Part shown: piece by piece, positions 47,394-57,505 of the stretch | Layout: the number at the start of each line of letters is the position of its first letter | Numbering within the stretch: the first letter of the stretch is position 1 | Source: Planctomycetota bacterium | Lineage (GTDB): Bacteria; Planctomycetota; B15-G4; JADJEK01 | Length of the DNA stretch: 64,000 nucleotides | Assembly (NCBI GenBank): GCA_044225365.1 | Contig: JBGAIQ010000028.1 | Span: 1,703 to 65,702 of the forward strand | Direction of reading: 5' to 3' | Program-made: the position numbers and the translations under genes | The notes under the pieces: generated by a model | Databases searched by the model: none | Seen by the model: the letters and a program-made list of their open reading frames with translations, nothing else | Told to the model about the DNA's origin: nothing

Positions 47394-47716
47394 TCCACAT
47401 CTTCGGATCGAGCAAGACGACCGGATCGACCTACGCGGTCCAACGTCCGAATCGGGCGGGCATTTGAAATCCGTCGGTTACCGCGCGCGAATGCGGTGCC
47501 GAACGATGGCGGCGAGCCCGAGCCAATACGTCGCCGAGGCAGAGGGTCCGTTCGAAAACGCTCCCCTAGTTGGTTGTTCCCCTTTTTTGATCGCGAGCGC
47601 ATGACTGCGCATCGCGCGGGCCACGGTCCGTCCCGGCCGCACTGCGAGCGACGCCACGCTTTCGTCGCCAGTGTCCGAGCCGATGGGCGCACCGTCTTGG
47701 CTCTTTGGAGGTAGTC

Positions 47717-50700
47717 GTGGTGTACGCACGTGTCGAGAAGATGATCGGCGAGCAGATGCTCGTCCTGGAAACGGGCAAGGTCGCGAAGCAGTCGGACGGC
47801 GCCGTCGTGGTTCGTTATGGCGAGACGATGGTGCTCGTCACCGCCTGTTCCGCGAAGGCACGCGAGGGCATCGATTTCTTCCCCCTCACGGTCGAGTACC
47901 GTGAACGCATGTCCGCGGGCGGCAAGTTCCCGGGCGGTTTCATCAAGCGCGAGGGCCGGCCGAGCAATCGCGAGATCCTGACGATGCGGCAGATCGACCG
48001 CCCGATTCGGCCGCTGTTCCCGGAAGGGTATTTCAACGAAGTCCAGGTCATCGGCACCTTGCTCTCGGCGGACCGCATCAACGACCCCGACATCCTGACC
48101 TTGACCGGCGCATCCGCGGCTCTCGCGCTGTCGTCGATCCCGTTCATGGGACCGATCGCGGGCGTCCGCATCGCGCAACTCGATGGACAGTTCGTCGCGA
48201 ATCCGACGACCGAACAGCGAGCGAAGAGCAAGCTCGACCTGGTCGTCGCGGGCACCAAGGAAGCGATCGTGATGGTCGAGGCCGGTGCGCTCGAGGTCGA
48301 CGAAGAGACGATGATCAGCGCGCTCGAATACGCGCACGGCGTGATCCGCGAGATCGTGCCGATGATCGAGGAGCTGCAGCGCGTCGCGGGCAAGGAGAAG
48401 CAGGCCTGGACCGCTCCGCCCGCCGACGAAGCCGCGAAGGCTCGCGTCAAGAAGCAGTACGAAGCGCGCCTCCTGAAGGCACTGAAGACCGACGGCAAGC
48501 ACGCGCGACACGATGCCGTCGAAGCGCTCGTCGACGAGTGGGTCGCCGCGGAGACCGCGGGGATCACCGACGAGAAGCAACTCCTGCTGAAGAAGAAGGC
48601 CGCGAAGGCGATCTTCGAAGAGCTGTCCTGGAAGACCGAACGCTCGATGATCATCAAGGAGAATCGTCGCAACGACGGGCGGCGTCCCGACGAGGTCCGC
48701 GCGATCTCGATCGAACTCGGTCTCCTGCCGCGCACTCACGGTTCCGCGCTCTTCACCCGTGGCGAGACCCAGGCGCTTGTCACGGCCGTGCTCGGCACGG
48801 GCGACGACGAGCAGCGGATCGAGAACGTCCAGGAGGACTACAAGAAGCGGTTCTACCTCGACTACAACTTCCCGCCGTTCTCGGTCGGTGAAGTGCGTCC
48901 GATCCGCGGTACGGGTCGGCGCGAGATCGGTCACGGTGCGCTCGCCGAACGCGCGGTCGCGGCCGTGATGCCGGAGCCCGAGAAGTTCTCGTACACGGTT
49001 CGCATCGTCTCCGAGATCCTCGAGTCGAACGGCTCGTCCTCCATGGCCACGGTGTGCGGCGCCGTGCTCTCGATGATGGACGGCGGCGTCCCGATCAAAG
49101 CGCCGGTCGCCGGCGTCGCGATGGGTCTCGTGATGGATGACACCGGCTACAAGGTGCTCACCGACATCGCCGGATCCGAGGATCACAACGGCGACATGGA
49201 CTTCAAGGTCGCGGGCACGGCGGCCGGCATCACCGCGCTCCAGATGGACATCAAGGTTGGCGGTCTCACGATGGAGATCCTGCGCGAAGCGCTGGAACAG
49301 GCGCGCAAGGGCCGACTCCACATCCTCGAGAAGATGGTCGAGGCGATTCCGGAGCCGCGAGCCGACGTGTCGAAGTACGCGCCGCGGCTCTATCGGCTCC
49401 AGATCCCGGTCGACAAGATCGGCGCGCTCATCGGGCCGGGCGGCAAGCAGATCAAGGCGATCCAGGAGACCACGGGCGTCGAGATCGAGGTCAACGACGA
49501 CGGCGTCGTCCTCATCTCCGGCCCCGACGTCACCTGCGTCGAGAAGGCTGCGTCGATGGTCAAGGCCGTCACCCAAGAGATCGAAGTCGGCCAGGTCTTC
49601 GAAGGAAAGGTCGTCTCCATCAAGGAATTCGGCGCCTTCATCGAGATCTGTCCCGGCCAGGAAGGCTTGCTCCACGTCTCCGAGATGTCCGATCAGTTCG
49701 TCGACAACGTCCACGACGTCGTGAAGCTCGGCGACATCCTCCAGGTCAAGGTGATCCTCGTCGATCCGACGGGTCGCATCAAGTTGTCCCGCAAGGCGCT
49801 CCTGCTCGAAGCGAGCGGCGCGGCGGGCGCAGCGGGCGCCGCGCCGGGTGCCGACGGAGGCGCACCGCCGCGTTCGTTCGATCGCGGCCCGCGACGCGAT
49901 CGCGATGACCGCGGTCCACGCGGTTTCGGCGGCCCGCCCCGAGGTGATCGGGGCGACCGGGGGGATCGCGGTGGAGACCGCGGCGGTCGGCGCTTCGATC
50001 GTCCCGAGGGCGGTGACCGCGGTCCGCGCGGCGACCGCCCCGAACGGACCGACCGGCCCGAACGAATCGAGCGCGACGACCGCCCCGAACGGACCGACCG
50101 TCCCGAGCGATTCGATCGCCCGGAGCGAGTGGACCGCCCAGAGCGAGCGGAGCGAGTGGACCGCCCAGAGCGAGCGGAGCGAGTGGACCGCCCAGAGCGA
50201 GCGGAGCGAGTGGACCGCCCAGAGCGAGCGGAGCGAGTGGACCGCCCGGAGCGAGCGGACCGCCCGGAGCGAGCGGACCGCCCGGAGCGAGCGGACCGCC
50301 CGGAGCGAGTGGATCGCCCCGAACGCGCGGACCGTCCCGAGCGTATCGACCGCCCCGAACGCAGCGACCGTCCCGAGCGGTTCGATCGTCCCGAGCGAGC
50401 AGACCGTCCGGAGCGGCTCGACCGCCCCGAACGCAGCGACCGCCCCGAGAGATTCGATCGTCCGGAGCGTACGGACCGCCCCGAGCGCGGCGATCGATTC
50501 GACCGCGGGCCGCGACCGGAACGTGCCGATCGGGACAGCCGCCCGCCACGGCGCGACGATGCGCCGCCACGGCGCGACGATGCGCCGCGACGCGAACGCA
50601 GCAATCCGGATCGCTTCGATCCCGATGAACCGCGCTCGAACGTCGAGCGCCCCGAGCGCACCGACCGCCCCGAGCGTACCAGTGGAGATCGTGGATTCTC

Positions 50701-50827
50701 CGGCCCCCCCCGAACGGATCGCGGCGATCGCTTCGAGCGGGGTGACCGCGGAGGCGATCGCGGCGGAGACCGTGGACAGCGTGGCCATCGCGGCCGTTCG
50801 GACCGCTCACCGCGCGACGACGATTGA
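47717..50827 (+). CDS. pnp: polynucleotide phosphorylase with a ~340-aa C-terminal repeat extension
   Basis: GGAGG at 47707-47711 then GTG 47717 (the ORF opens at 47705). LVLETGKVAKQSDGAVVV, two RNase PH-like halves, a KH domain (IGPGGKQIKAIQE) and an S1 domain (VFEGKVVSIKEFGAFIE) are present. An R/D/E/P-rich tail follows, from about nt 49800. Confidence 0.9.
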   Translation: MVYARVEKMIGEQMLVLETGKVAKQSDGAVVVRYGETMVLVTACSAKAREGIDFFPLTVEYRERMSAGGKFPGGFIKREGRPSNREILTMRQIDRPIRPLFPEGYFNEVQVIGTLLSADRINDPDILTLTGASAALALSSIPFMGPIAGVRIAQLDGQFVANPTTEQRAKSKLDLVVAGTKEAIVMVEAGALEVDEETMISALEYAHGVIREIVPMIEELQRVAGKEKQAWTAPPADEAAKARVKKQYEARLLKALKTDGKHARHDAVEALVDEWVAAETAGITDEKQLLLKKKAAKAIFEELSWKTERSMIIKENRRNDGRRPDEVRAISIELGLLPRTHGSALFTRGETQALVTAVLGTGDDEQRIENVQEDYKKRFYLDYNFPPFSVGEVRPIRGTGRREIGHGALAERAVAAVMPEPEKFSYTVRIVSEILESNGSSSMATVCGAVLSMMDGGVPIKAPVAGVAMGLVMDDTGYKVLTDIAGSEDHNGDMDFKVAGTAAGITALQMDIKVGGLTMEILREALEQARKGRLHILEKMVEAIPEPRADVSKYAPRLYRLQIPVDKIGALIGPGGKQIKAIQETTGVEIEVNDDGVVLISGPDVTCVEKAASMVKAVTQEIEVGQVFEGKVVSIKEFGAFIEICPGQEGLLHVSEMSDQFVDNVHDVVKLGDILQVKVILVDPTGRIKLSRKALLLEASGAAGAAGAAPGADGGAPPRSFDRGPRRDRDDRGPRGFGGPPRGDRGDRGDRGGDRGGRRFDRPEGGDRGPRGDRPERTDRPERIERDDRPERTDRPERFDRPERVDRPERAERVDRPERAERVDRPERAERVDRPERAERVDRPERADRPERADRPERADRPERVDRPERADRPERIDRPERSDRPERFDRPERADRPERLDRPERSDRPERFDRPERTDRPERGDRFDRGPRPERADRDSRPPRRDDAPPRRDDAPRRERSNPDRFDPDEPRSNVERPERTDRPERTSGDRGFSGPPRTDRGDRFERGDRGGDRGGDRGQRGHRGRSDRSPRDDD
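50040..50480 (+). repeat. in-frame coding tandem repeats within the pnp tail
   Basis: A near-perfect 27-bp unit GAGCGAGTGGACCGCCCAGAGCGAGCG (ERVDRPERA) runs about 50124-50240. An 18-bp unit GACCGCCCGGAGCGAGCG (DRPERA) follows to about 50305. Degenerate copies flank both. Confidence 0.85.
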
Positions 50828-50851
50828 TTCGACTTCGAAGAACGTGACGGC

Positions 50852-51664
50852 GTGATTCGCGACGCGACGTTCCTTTCACTGCTCGTCACCGTCGCGGCCT
50901 GCGGAACAGGCCGCGCGGTGCCGAGGCTCGTCGCCGCACCGCCGCTCCCCGAGCGCGCCGTCGTCGTCGAGTTGGGGTCACCCCTCGCGAGGAGTCTCGC
51001 GATTCCTCCGCTCGCAGCGGAAGGGACCTATCGTCTTCTCGAGGATCCGGCGGACGCCCCGGCCCTGAGTGGCGTCGCGATCTTCCGAGGCGGCGTCGAG
51101 GTCGTCGCGGACGTAGCGGCCTATGGCGGATCGACCCGCAGCGATGCACCCGTGCACACGACGGACGCGGTAGCCCCACGCCAGTGGATCGGGCGCGCCG
51201 TGGTGCTCGATCTACGCGAGAAGACCGCGCAGGATCTCGACGCGCAGCTCGACGTCGACGCGCTGACGAAGTTCGAAGCCGCGCACGGGGCGATCGGCGC
51301 AGAGGATTTCGTCGTCCTGCGAACGGGCTACGCCGAACATCTGAGTGAACTGCGCGACACGATCGCGCCTCGGACGCAGCCCACGCACAGTCCTGGTTTC
51401 ACAATGGAAGCGATGCGGTTCCTGGTCGACGACCGCGGAGTGAGGCGCATCGCGACGGACGCTCCCCGCGTCGGCTCGGCCGCGGATCCGTTACTTGCAT
51501 GCGATGAATACCTCTTCCGGCACGGTGGATTCGCCGTGATCAACCTCTCCGGACTGGAGCGCTTGCCGGAGACCGGAGCAACGCTCGTCGTTTCACCCCT
51601 CGCGTTCAAGAATGCAACATCCGCACCCGCGCGGGTGATGGCCCTCGTTCCGCGCGATCGATGA
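50852..51664 (+). CDS. putative cyclase-family (kynurenine formamidase-like fold) lipoprotein
   Basis: GTG start. LLVTVAAC is a lipobox. AVVLDLRE...DFVVLRTGY...GVRRIATDAPRVGS...LFRHGGFAVINLSGLERLPETGATLVVSPLAFKNATSAPARVMALV follows the PF04199 pattern. I did not find the canonical HxGTHxDxPxH metal motif. Confidence 0.5.
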   Translation: MIRDATFLSLLVTVAACGTGRAVPRLVAAPPLPERAVVVELGSPLARSLAIPPLAAEGTYRLLEDPADAPALSGVAIFRGGVEVVADVAAYGGSTRSDAPVHTTDAVAPRQWIGRAVVLDLREKTAQDLDAQLDVDALTKFEAAHGAIGAEDFVVLRTGYAEHLSELRDTIAPRTQPTHSPGFTMEAMRFLVDDRGVRRIATDAPRVGSAADPLLACDEYLFRHGGFAVINLSGLERLPETGATLVVSPLAFKNATSAPARVMALVPRDR

Positions 51665-51841
51665 GGAATTCCGCCCTTGTCGGCGCCGAACGGGCTCGGG
51701 AATTCCATACCAGCTCGTCGTATTTTCCCTCAAGGTATCGAACCCGCAAGTCCGATCGATGAGAGGACGTGATCCCGCGGCAACGAGGAAAGGCAGACCC
51801 TCGCAAGGCCGCGGCGTACTCAACATCGGAGCCCATCGCCC

Positions 51842-52402
51842 ATGCGTTCTGGACCAAAAGGTTTCTCGCTGATCGAACTCGTGGTCGTCGTCAGCATCCT
51901 CGTGCTGCTCGCCGGAGTCCTGATTCCCCTCGTCGGGAATGAGATGGGGAAGGCGATGGTCGGGCGCGCGATGGCCGACATGCGTACCGCCAGCGATGCC
52001 TTCAATCGCTACTACATCCACACGGGGTATTGGCCGACTCAGGACAAGGCCTACGCCGGCGCGACGAGCGCCCACGTTCAATTCACCTCGATGCCTTGCC
52101 TGTATACGAACGCGCACGATCGCCTCAATTGGACGGGACCGTACTTCAATGGCGGGTCGCTGGTCGGCGGATCGTGGAGCGTCGCGACTCAGTCCAACGA
52201 GAAGTGGTCCGGCTTCATCGATCCCTGGGGCAGTCCCTACTCGATCTACTACTTCGCCAAGAATGACGGGATGGGCCCTTCGGGCGGCATCGCGATCGTC
52301 TCCAACGGGAAGGATGGAATCCTCCAATCGTCCGACGCGAGTATCGGGGCGAACACTCCCGAAGGCGACGACCTGGTGACGGTGATCACGCGAACGCTCT
52401 GA
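51842..52402 (+). CDS. GspG-like type II secretion pseudopilin (prepilin-type N-terminal methylation domain)
   Basis: GFSLIELVVVVSILVLLAGVLIP is a prepilin cleavage/methylation motif. WTGPYFNGG and DPWGSPYSIYYF are typical of GspG-type proteins. Confidence 0.8.
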   Translation: MRSGPKGFSLIELVVVVSILVLLAGVLIPLVGNEMGKAMVGRAMADMRTASDAFNRYYIHTGYWPTQDKAYAGATSAHVQFTSMPCLYTNAHDRLNWTGPYFNGGSLVGGSWSVATQSNEKWSGFIDPWGSPYSIYYFAKNDGMGPSGGIAIVSNGKDGILQSSDASIGANTPEGDDLVTVITRTL

Positions 52403-52445
52403 ATCCGCGTCTCCGGCGCTTTCTCCCTTCGCATCCGATCTCGTG

Positions 52446-52486
52446 AGCGCGCTTCTCCCACCGGGAGCGGCGCGCTTTCGCGTTTC
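52446..52486 (+). terminator. candidate intrinsic terminator after the pseudopilin gene
   Basis: Two-tier hairpin AGCGCGC-tt-CTCCC-acc-GGGAG-cg-GCGCGCT (52446-52476), followed by TTCGCGTTTC. Confidence 0.45.
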
Positions 52487-52707
52487 ATGGCTCGTCGTCT
52501 CGGGGAAATCCGAGCACCGATGACATGGCCCGCTGCATGCGTTTTCGGCGGTGTTTTTGCCGGTGACGAGTTTCGGAGTTATACTCCGAGGAACGGCGGC
52601 AGGAGCGATCGGCGCGAACCCAAGGCGAGAGCGCCAACGCGCAGATCGTTTCACGGAAGACGAAGCAGGAATCGCAGAGGCTATCCCCAACATCCCAATT
52701 CCCACGA

Positions 52708-53082
52708 GTGAGGCGACCTATGTATCGCGTTTCCCGCGACCAGGTTCATCAGATCCTCCACGACTACAAGAAGGAATGCTACTTCCTCGAGCACAAGTCC
52801 GGGATGCACGAACAGGTCGAGCACGAGACACAGCGAGTCGTCAAGGAACTCCTCGCGATCCCGCATCACTACGAGTTCCATCGCCAGCCGACCCCGGAAC
52901 ACGCTGAAGTCTTCAATATGATCGAGGGCTACGTGCGGGAAGCGATCCTTCCGCCGATCCTCCATCGACTCGTCGAGCGATTGCTCGTCCTCGAGAGACG
53001 GCATCATGCCGGCGTCCGCGCCCTCGAGCGCCTGACCTCGATGTTCGAGCAGGCTTCGGAGCGCGAGACCGCCGAACGCTGA
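52708..53082 (+). CDS. hypothetical His-rich cytoplasmic protein
   Basis: 124-aa ORF (ATG 52720 possible) with high GC3. 12 His residues (HQILHDY, HKSGMHEQVEHETQ, IPHHYEFH, RRHHAG). No family recognised. Confidence 0.5.
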   Translation: MRRPMYRVSRDQVHQILHDYKKECYFLEHKSGMHEQVEHETQRVVKELLAIPHHYEFHRQPTPEHAEVFNMIEGYVREAILPPILHRLVERLLVLERRHHAGVRALERLTSMFEQASERETAER

Positions 53083-53093
53083 GCGCGGACCCG

Positions 53094-53915
53094 TTACGAC
53101 GGTTTCTTGAGCAACACGCCGAGATTCTCGATCGCGCGAACCGGATGGCTCGCGCCGTCGAGCATCGGCAGTGACTTGTTTCCAACCACCGCTGCTGGAC
53201 TCGAACCCGCGCTCGCGGGGCTCGGCACGATCGTGTCGACCTGCGCCACCGGCAGGGGCGCGTTCGGATAGGCGAGCTTCAGCGCTCCGAGCGTCTGCGC
53301 CCGCGAAGCATCGGTCATGTCGCCCTTTTCGATGTCGGCGATGAGTTGGCGCAGCGGCATCGCCTTCGCCAGGCCGAGGATGGTCGGTTTGCGGGCCGCA
53401 AGGGCGGCATCGCGGTCCTTCAGATCGCGCGACTCGAGGAACCGTTTGTTCCCGCGCCACCAGGTCTCGAGATCACCGAGCACGTAGCCTTCGGTGACGA
53501 GGTGTTCGCGTGCGAACTCGATGAGCAGGCGGTCGACGGGCTGGAGAACGTTCTTGGGTCGCGAGACGTCCTCCGCTTCGGTTCTCGCCGCCTTCAACTG
53601 GGCGGTGAGGATGAGCCGGTCGCCGACGATGCGTTCCTGGCGAGACTTGCCGTCGGGGGTTTCCTTCGCGAGTTCGCCTTCGAGCGTGAGCGCTTTCGAT
53701 TCGAGTTCGAACGCCTCGAGCAGCAGGTCTTGCTGGTGCCAGGCGATCGGTCGTTCGTCGCCGACCTTGACGTGCTCCGCGGGCAGGAGCCGCGGGACGG
53801 CGGGTGGGTCGATCGCGACCTCGAGGGAGGCCGGGGCCTCTTCCGGGCTGCTCGAGCACGAGGCGAGCAGGACGAAGGGCGCGAGGTCCAGGATTCGTCG
53901 ATGCAGGCTCATCAC
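53094..53915 (-). CDS. hypothetical lipoprotein
   Basis: MMSLHRRILDLAPFVLLASC has a lipobox. The start (GTG 53915 or ATG 53912) overlaps the upstream stop. No family recognised. Confidence 0.6.
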   Translation of the reverse strand: MMSLHRRILDLAPFVLLASCSSSPEEAPASLEVAIDPPAVPRLLPAEHVKVGDERPIAWHQQDLLLEAFELESKALTLEGELAKETPDGKSRQERIVGDRLILTAQLKAARTEAEDVSRPKNVLQPVDRLLIEFAREHLVTEGYVLGDLETWWRGNKRFLESRDLKDRDAALAARKPTILGLAKAMPLRQLIADIEKGDMTDASRAQTLGALKLAYPNAPLPVAQVDTIVPSPASAGSSPAAVVGNKSLPMLDGASHPVRAIENLGVLLKKPS

Positions 53916-55144
53916 GCGAGCTCCGTCAATGCAGCCGCCTCGGCCTGACCGAGCGTGAAGCCCAAGGTCGCCGCGATGGTCGGCGCGATCGTGGTTTGCT
54001 CGCGTCGTTCGTCGACGACGACACCCGGCCTCGCGCCGCGCCCGAGAGCGACGAGGAAGAGCTTGCGATGAGCGGGATCGTCGAAGGGTCGGTCATGATC
54101 GGTGAAATCGATCGTGCCGCGCCCGACATCGGGAGCGATCAAGATGAGCGTCCGCCCAGCGTAGTAGTCGTCGTGAGCGACGAAGTCGACCACGCGACGC
54201 ACCTGCAGGTCGACGTTGCGCACCGCGGCGGCGTAGTCGCGCCATGCGCCAAGATGAGCGAGGTCGGGCGTCACGAAACCCACGGTCACCAGGTCGGGTC
54301 GCGTCGTGCGCATCGCTTCGAGGGTGAGATCGGTCATCCAAGAATCGGCGTCGATCTGGCGCAGGTAGGGGCCTCCCTCCATGAAGCGATCGGCGAGCGC
54401 TTGCTTCCACGCGGGAAGGAGTGCCGCGCAAGGCAAGTTCGATTTCTCGAGGAGTGCGTCGACCTTGTCTTCGAGGAACTTCCGGCGCGGGCCGGTCTGG
54501 ACGGGCGTATCGGGAGCGGAGAGATCGAGCGCGAGGCGGCCGAGCTTCTCGTTGCCCGCGGCGAGTTCGGGCGGCGCGACGAGGCTCGGATCCCCGGCGA
54601 ACGGCGCGGGCGGTCCCTTGTCCTTGCCGCCACTCTGGGCGCAGAAGGTCGCGGCTCGCACCGGTGCTCCATGGAGCGGATGTTCGGAGACGCTCGGCAT
54701 CCCGACCGAGAGAGCCTTGTAGGGCGGCACCGATGTGGCGCGGCGATAGGCTTCGTGGACGAGCGGCGATTTGCGCAGATCGGCCAGGTTGGCGGCGGCC
54801 TTCTCGTTCCCGTCCTGTCGCGCGCCGTAGCGCCCGGTCAGCATGTAGAGGGTCGCGCAGTCGTGGTGCGTGAGGTGATCGTTCCACAGTTCGGTGTAGA
54901 GCGTGCCTTCCGTCGCGAGGGCCCGGAGGGTCGGTGCGAGGCACTGTTCGCTCGGGCCGAAGACGTCGGCATGGCGCACGCCGCCCCCGAAGCGGAGCAG
55001 CACGACACGGGCGGGCCCGCGGGCGGGCGTACTCAGGGTGGGCTTTGCTCGGCGCGTGCTCGTGCAGCCTGCGAGCGCACCGGCCGCGGCTGCGCCCAGA
55101 GCGCCCTTCAGCAGGGTGCGCCTCGTCGATCGTTCGTCGAACAT
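53912..55144 (-). CDS. Tat-signal lipoprotein, possibly alkaline-phosphatase-superfamily
   Basis: MFDERSTRRTLLKGALGAAAAGALAGC combines a twin-arginine motif with a lipobox. The body loosely resembles the AlkP/nucleotide pyrophosphatase core; the functional call is tentative. Confidence 0.55.
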   Translation of the reverse strand: MFDERSTRRTLLKGALGAAAAGALAGCTSTRRAKPTLSTPARGPARVVLLRFGGGVRHADVFGPSEQCLAPTLRALATEGTLYTELWNDHLTHHDCATLYMLTGRYGARQDGNEKAAANLADLRKSPLVHEAYRRATSVPPYKALSVGMPSVSEHPLHGAPVRAATFCAQSGGKDKGPPAPFAGDPSLVAPPELAAGNEKLGRLALDLSAPDTPVQTGPRRKFLEDKVDALLEKSNLPCAALLPAWKQALADRFMEGGPYLRQIDADSWMTDLTLEAMRTTRPDLVTVGFVTPDLAHLGAWRDYAAAVRNVDLQVRRVVDFVAHDDYYAGRTLILIAPDVGRGTIDFTDHDRPFDDPAHRKLFLVALGRGARPGVVVDERREQTTIAPTIAATLGFTLGQAEAAALTELA

Positions 55145-55318
55145 TCACGTCCTCAGGGGTCACCCGGGAGCCATCGGGATCAGTCTCTATCGGCGCATCG
55201 TAGCGCGGTTCTTGTGGGTCCGGACCGCCGCAGTCGAGCGTTTACACCCGGTTACGTTCGATCGGCAGGGCGCATCGAGAGAGAGTGATCTCCTCGAATC
55301 GATGGACATCGGGGCATT

Positions 55319-55346
55319 GGCGATGTCCTAAGATTAGGACATCGCC
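55319..55346. promoter_or_regulatory. perfect 28-bp palindrome (13-bp arms) in a divergent intergenic region
   Basis: GGCGATGTCCTAA-GA-TTAGGACATCGCC. An extra copy of the arm core GGACATCG at 55304-55311 could pair alternatively with 55321-55328. Candidate operator or RNA switch. Confidence 0.5.
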
Positions 55347-55436
55347 TGGGTATTCGTCCCGTTGCGTCGAGCCGAACCTTCCGGTAGTCTCTCACGCTTT
55401 TCCACCGCATCGAATCCGGATCGACAGGAGCTCGCC

Positions 55437-55535
55437 ATGGCCCGCAACTACCGCCGCATCAAGAAGGCGAATCACGGTAAGCGCCCGTGCTGCGGCAATC
55501 TGCGCCGCAAGCTCGCGAATCGTTTCCGCAGCTGA
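55437..55535 (+). CDS. small basic protein (32 aa), not in the ORF track
   Basis: AGGAG lies 6 nt upstream of the ATG. Product is MARNYRRIKKANHGKRPCCGNLRRKLANRFRS. High GC3. Below the 60-aa track cutoff. Confidence 0.4.
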   Translation: MARNYRRIKKANHGKRPCCGNLRRKLANRFRS

Positions 55536-55569
55536 GATCCGTTTCGCGCGCCGCGCATCGACCGCGGCG

Positions 55570-57427
<1,858 letters not shown>

Positions 57428-57505
57428 ATCTCGGCCACTCCATCGACGATGAGCCCGGTTCGCAAGGGGTCTCCGCCGCCCAGCTGCAAAGGACGAAGGC
57501 GAAGG

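Noticed and set aside
47583-47588. T6 tract as the intrinsic terminator of rpsO
   Set aside because: I could not draw a convincing GC-rich stem immediately upstream of the T tract; the good hairpin lies downstream of it. It is left as an observation in the rpsO-pnp spacer finding.
47339-50788. 1149-aa minus-strand ORF antisense to pnp
   Set aside because: It lies antisense to a canonical PNPase with all domains present. Its repeat-derived periodic sequence (SLRAV/SLWAV...) simply mirrors the pnp tail repeats.
51665-51706. GGAATTCCGCCC...GGGC-TCG-GGAATTCC imperfect inverted repeat after the cyclase-like gene, as a terminator
   Set aside because: The stem needs a 3-nt bulge and the nearest T-rich stretch (ATTTTCC) is about 20 nt away. 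This is too weak to list as a feature.
32324-52402. A type II secretion or pilus system, from the GspK-like and GspG-like genes
   Set aside because: The two genes are 18 kb apart and separated by housekeeping genes. No secretin, ATPase, platform protein or prepilin peptidase is present. This is not a system within this window.
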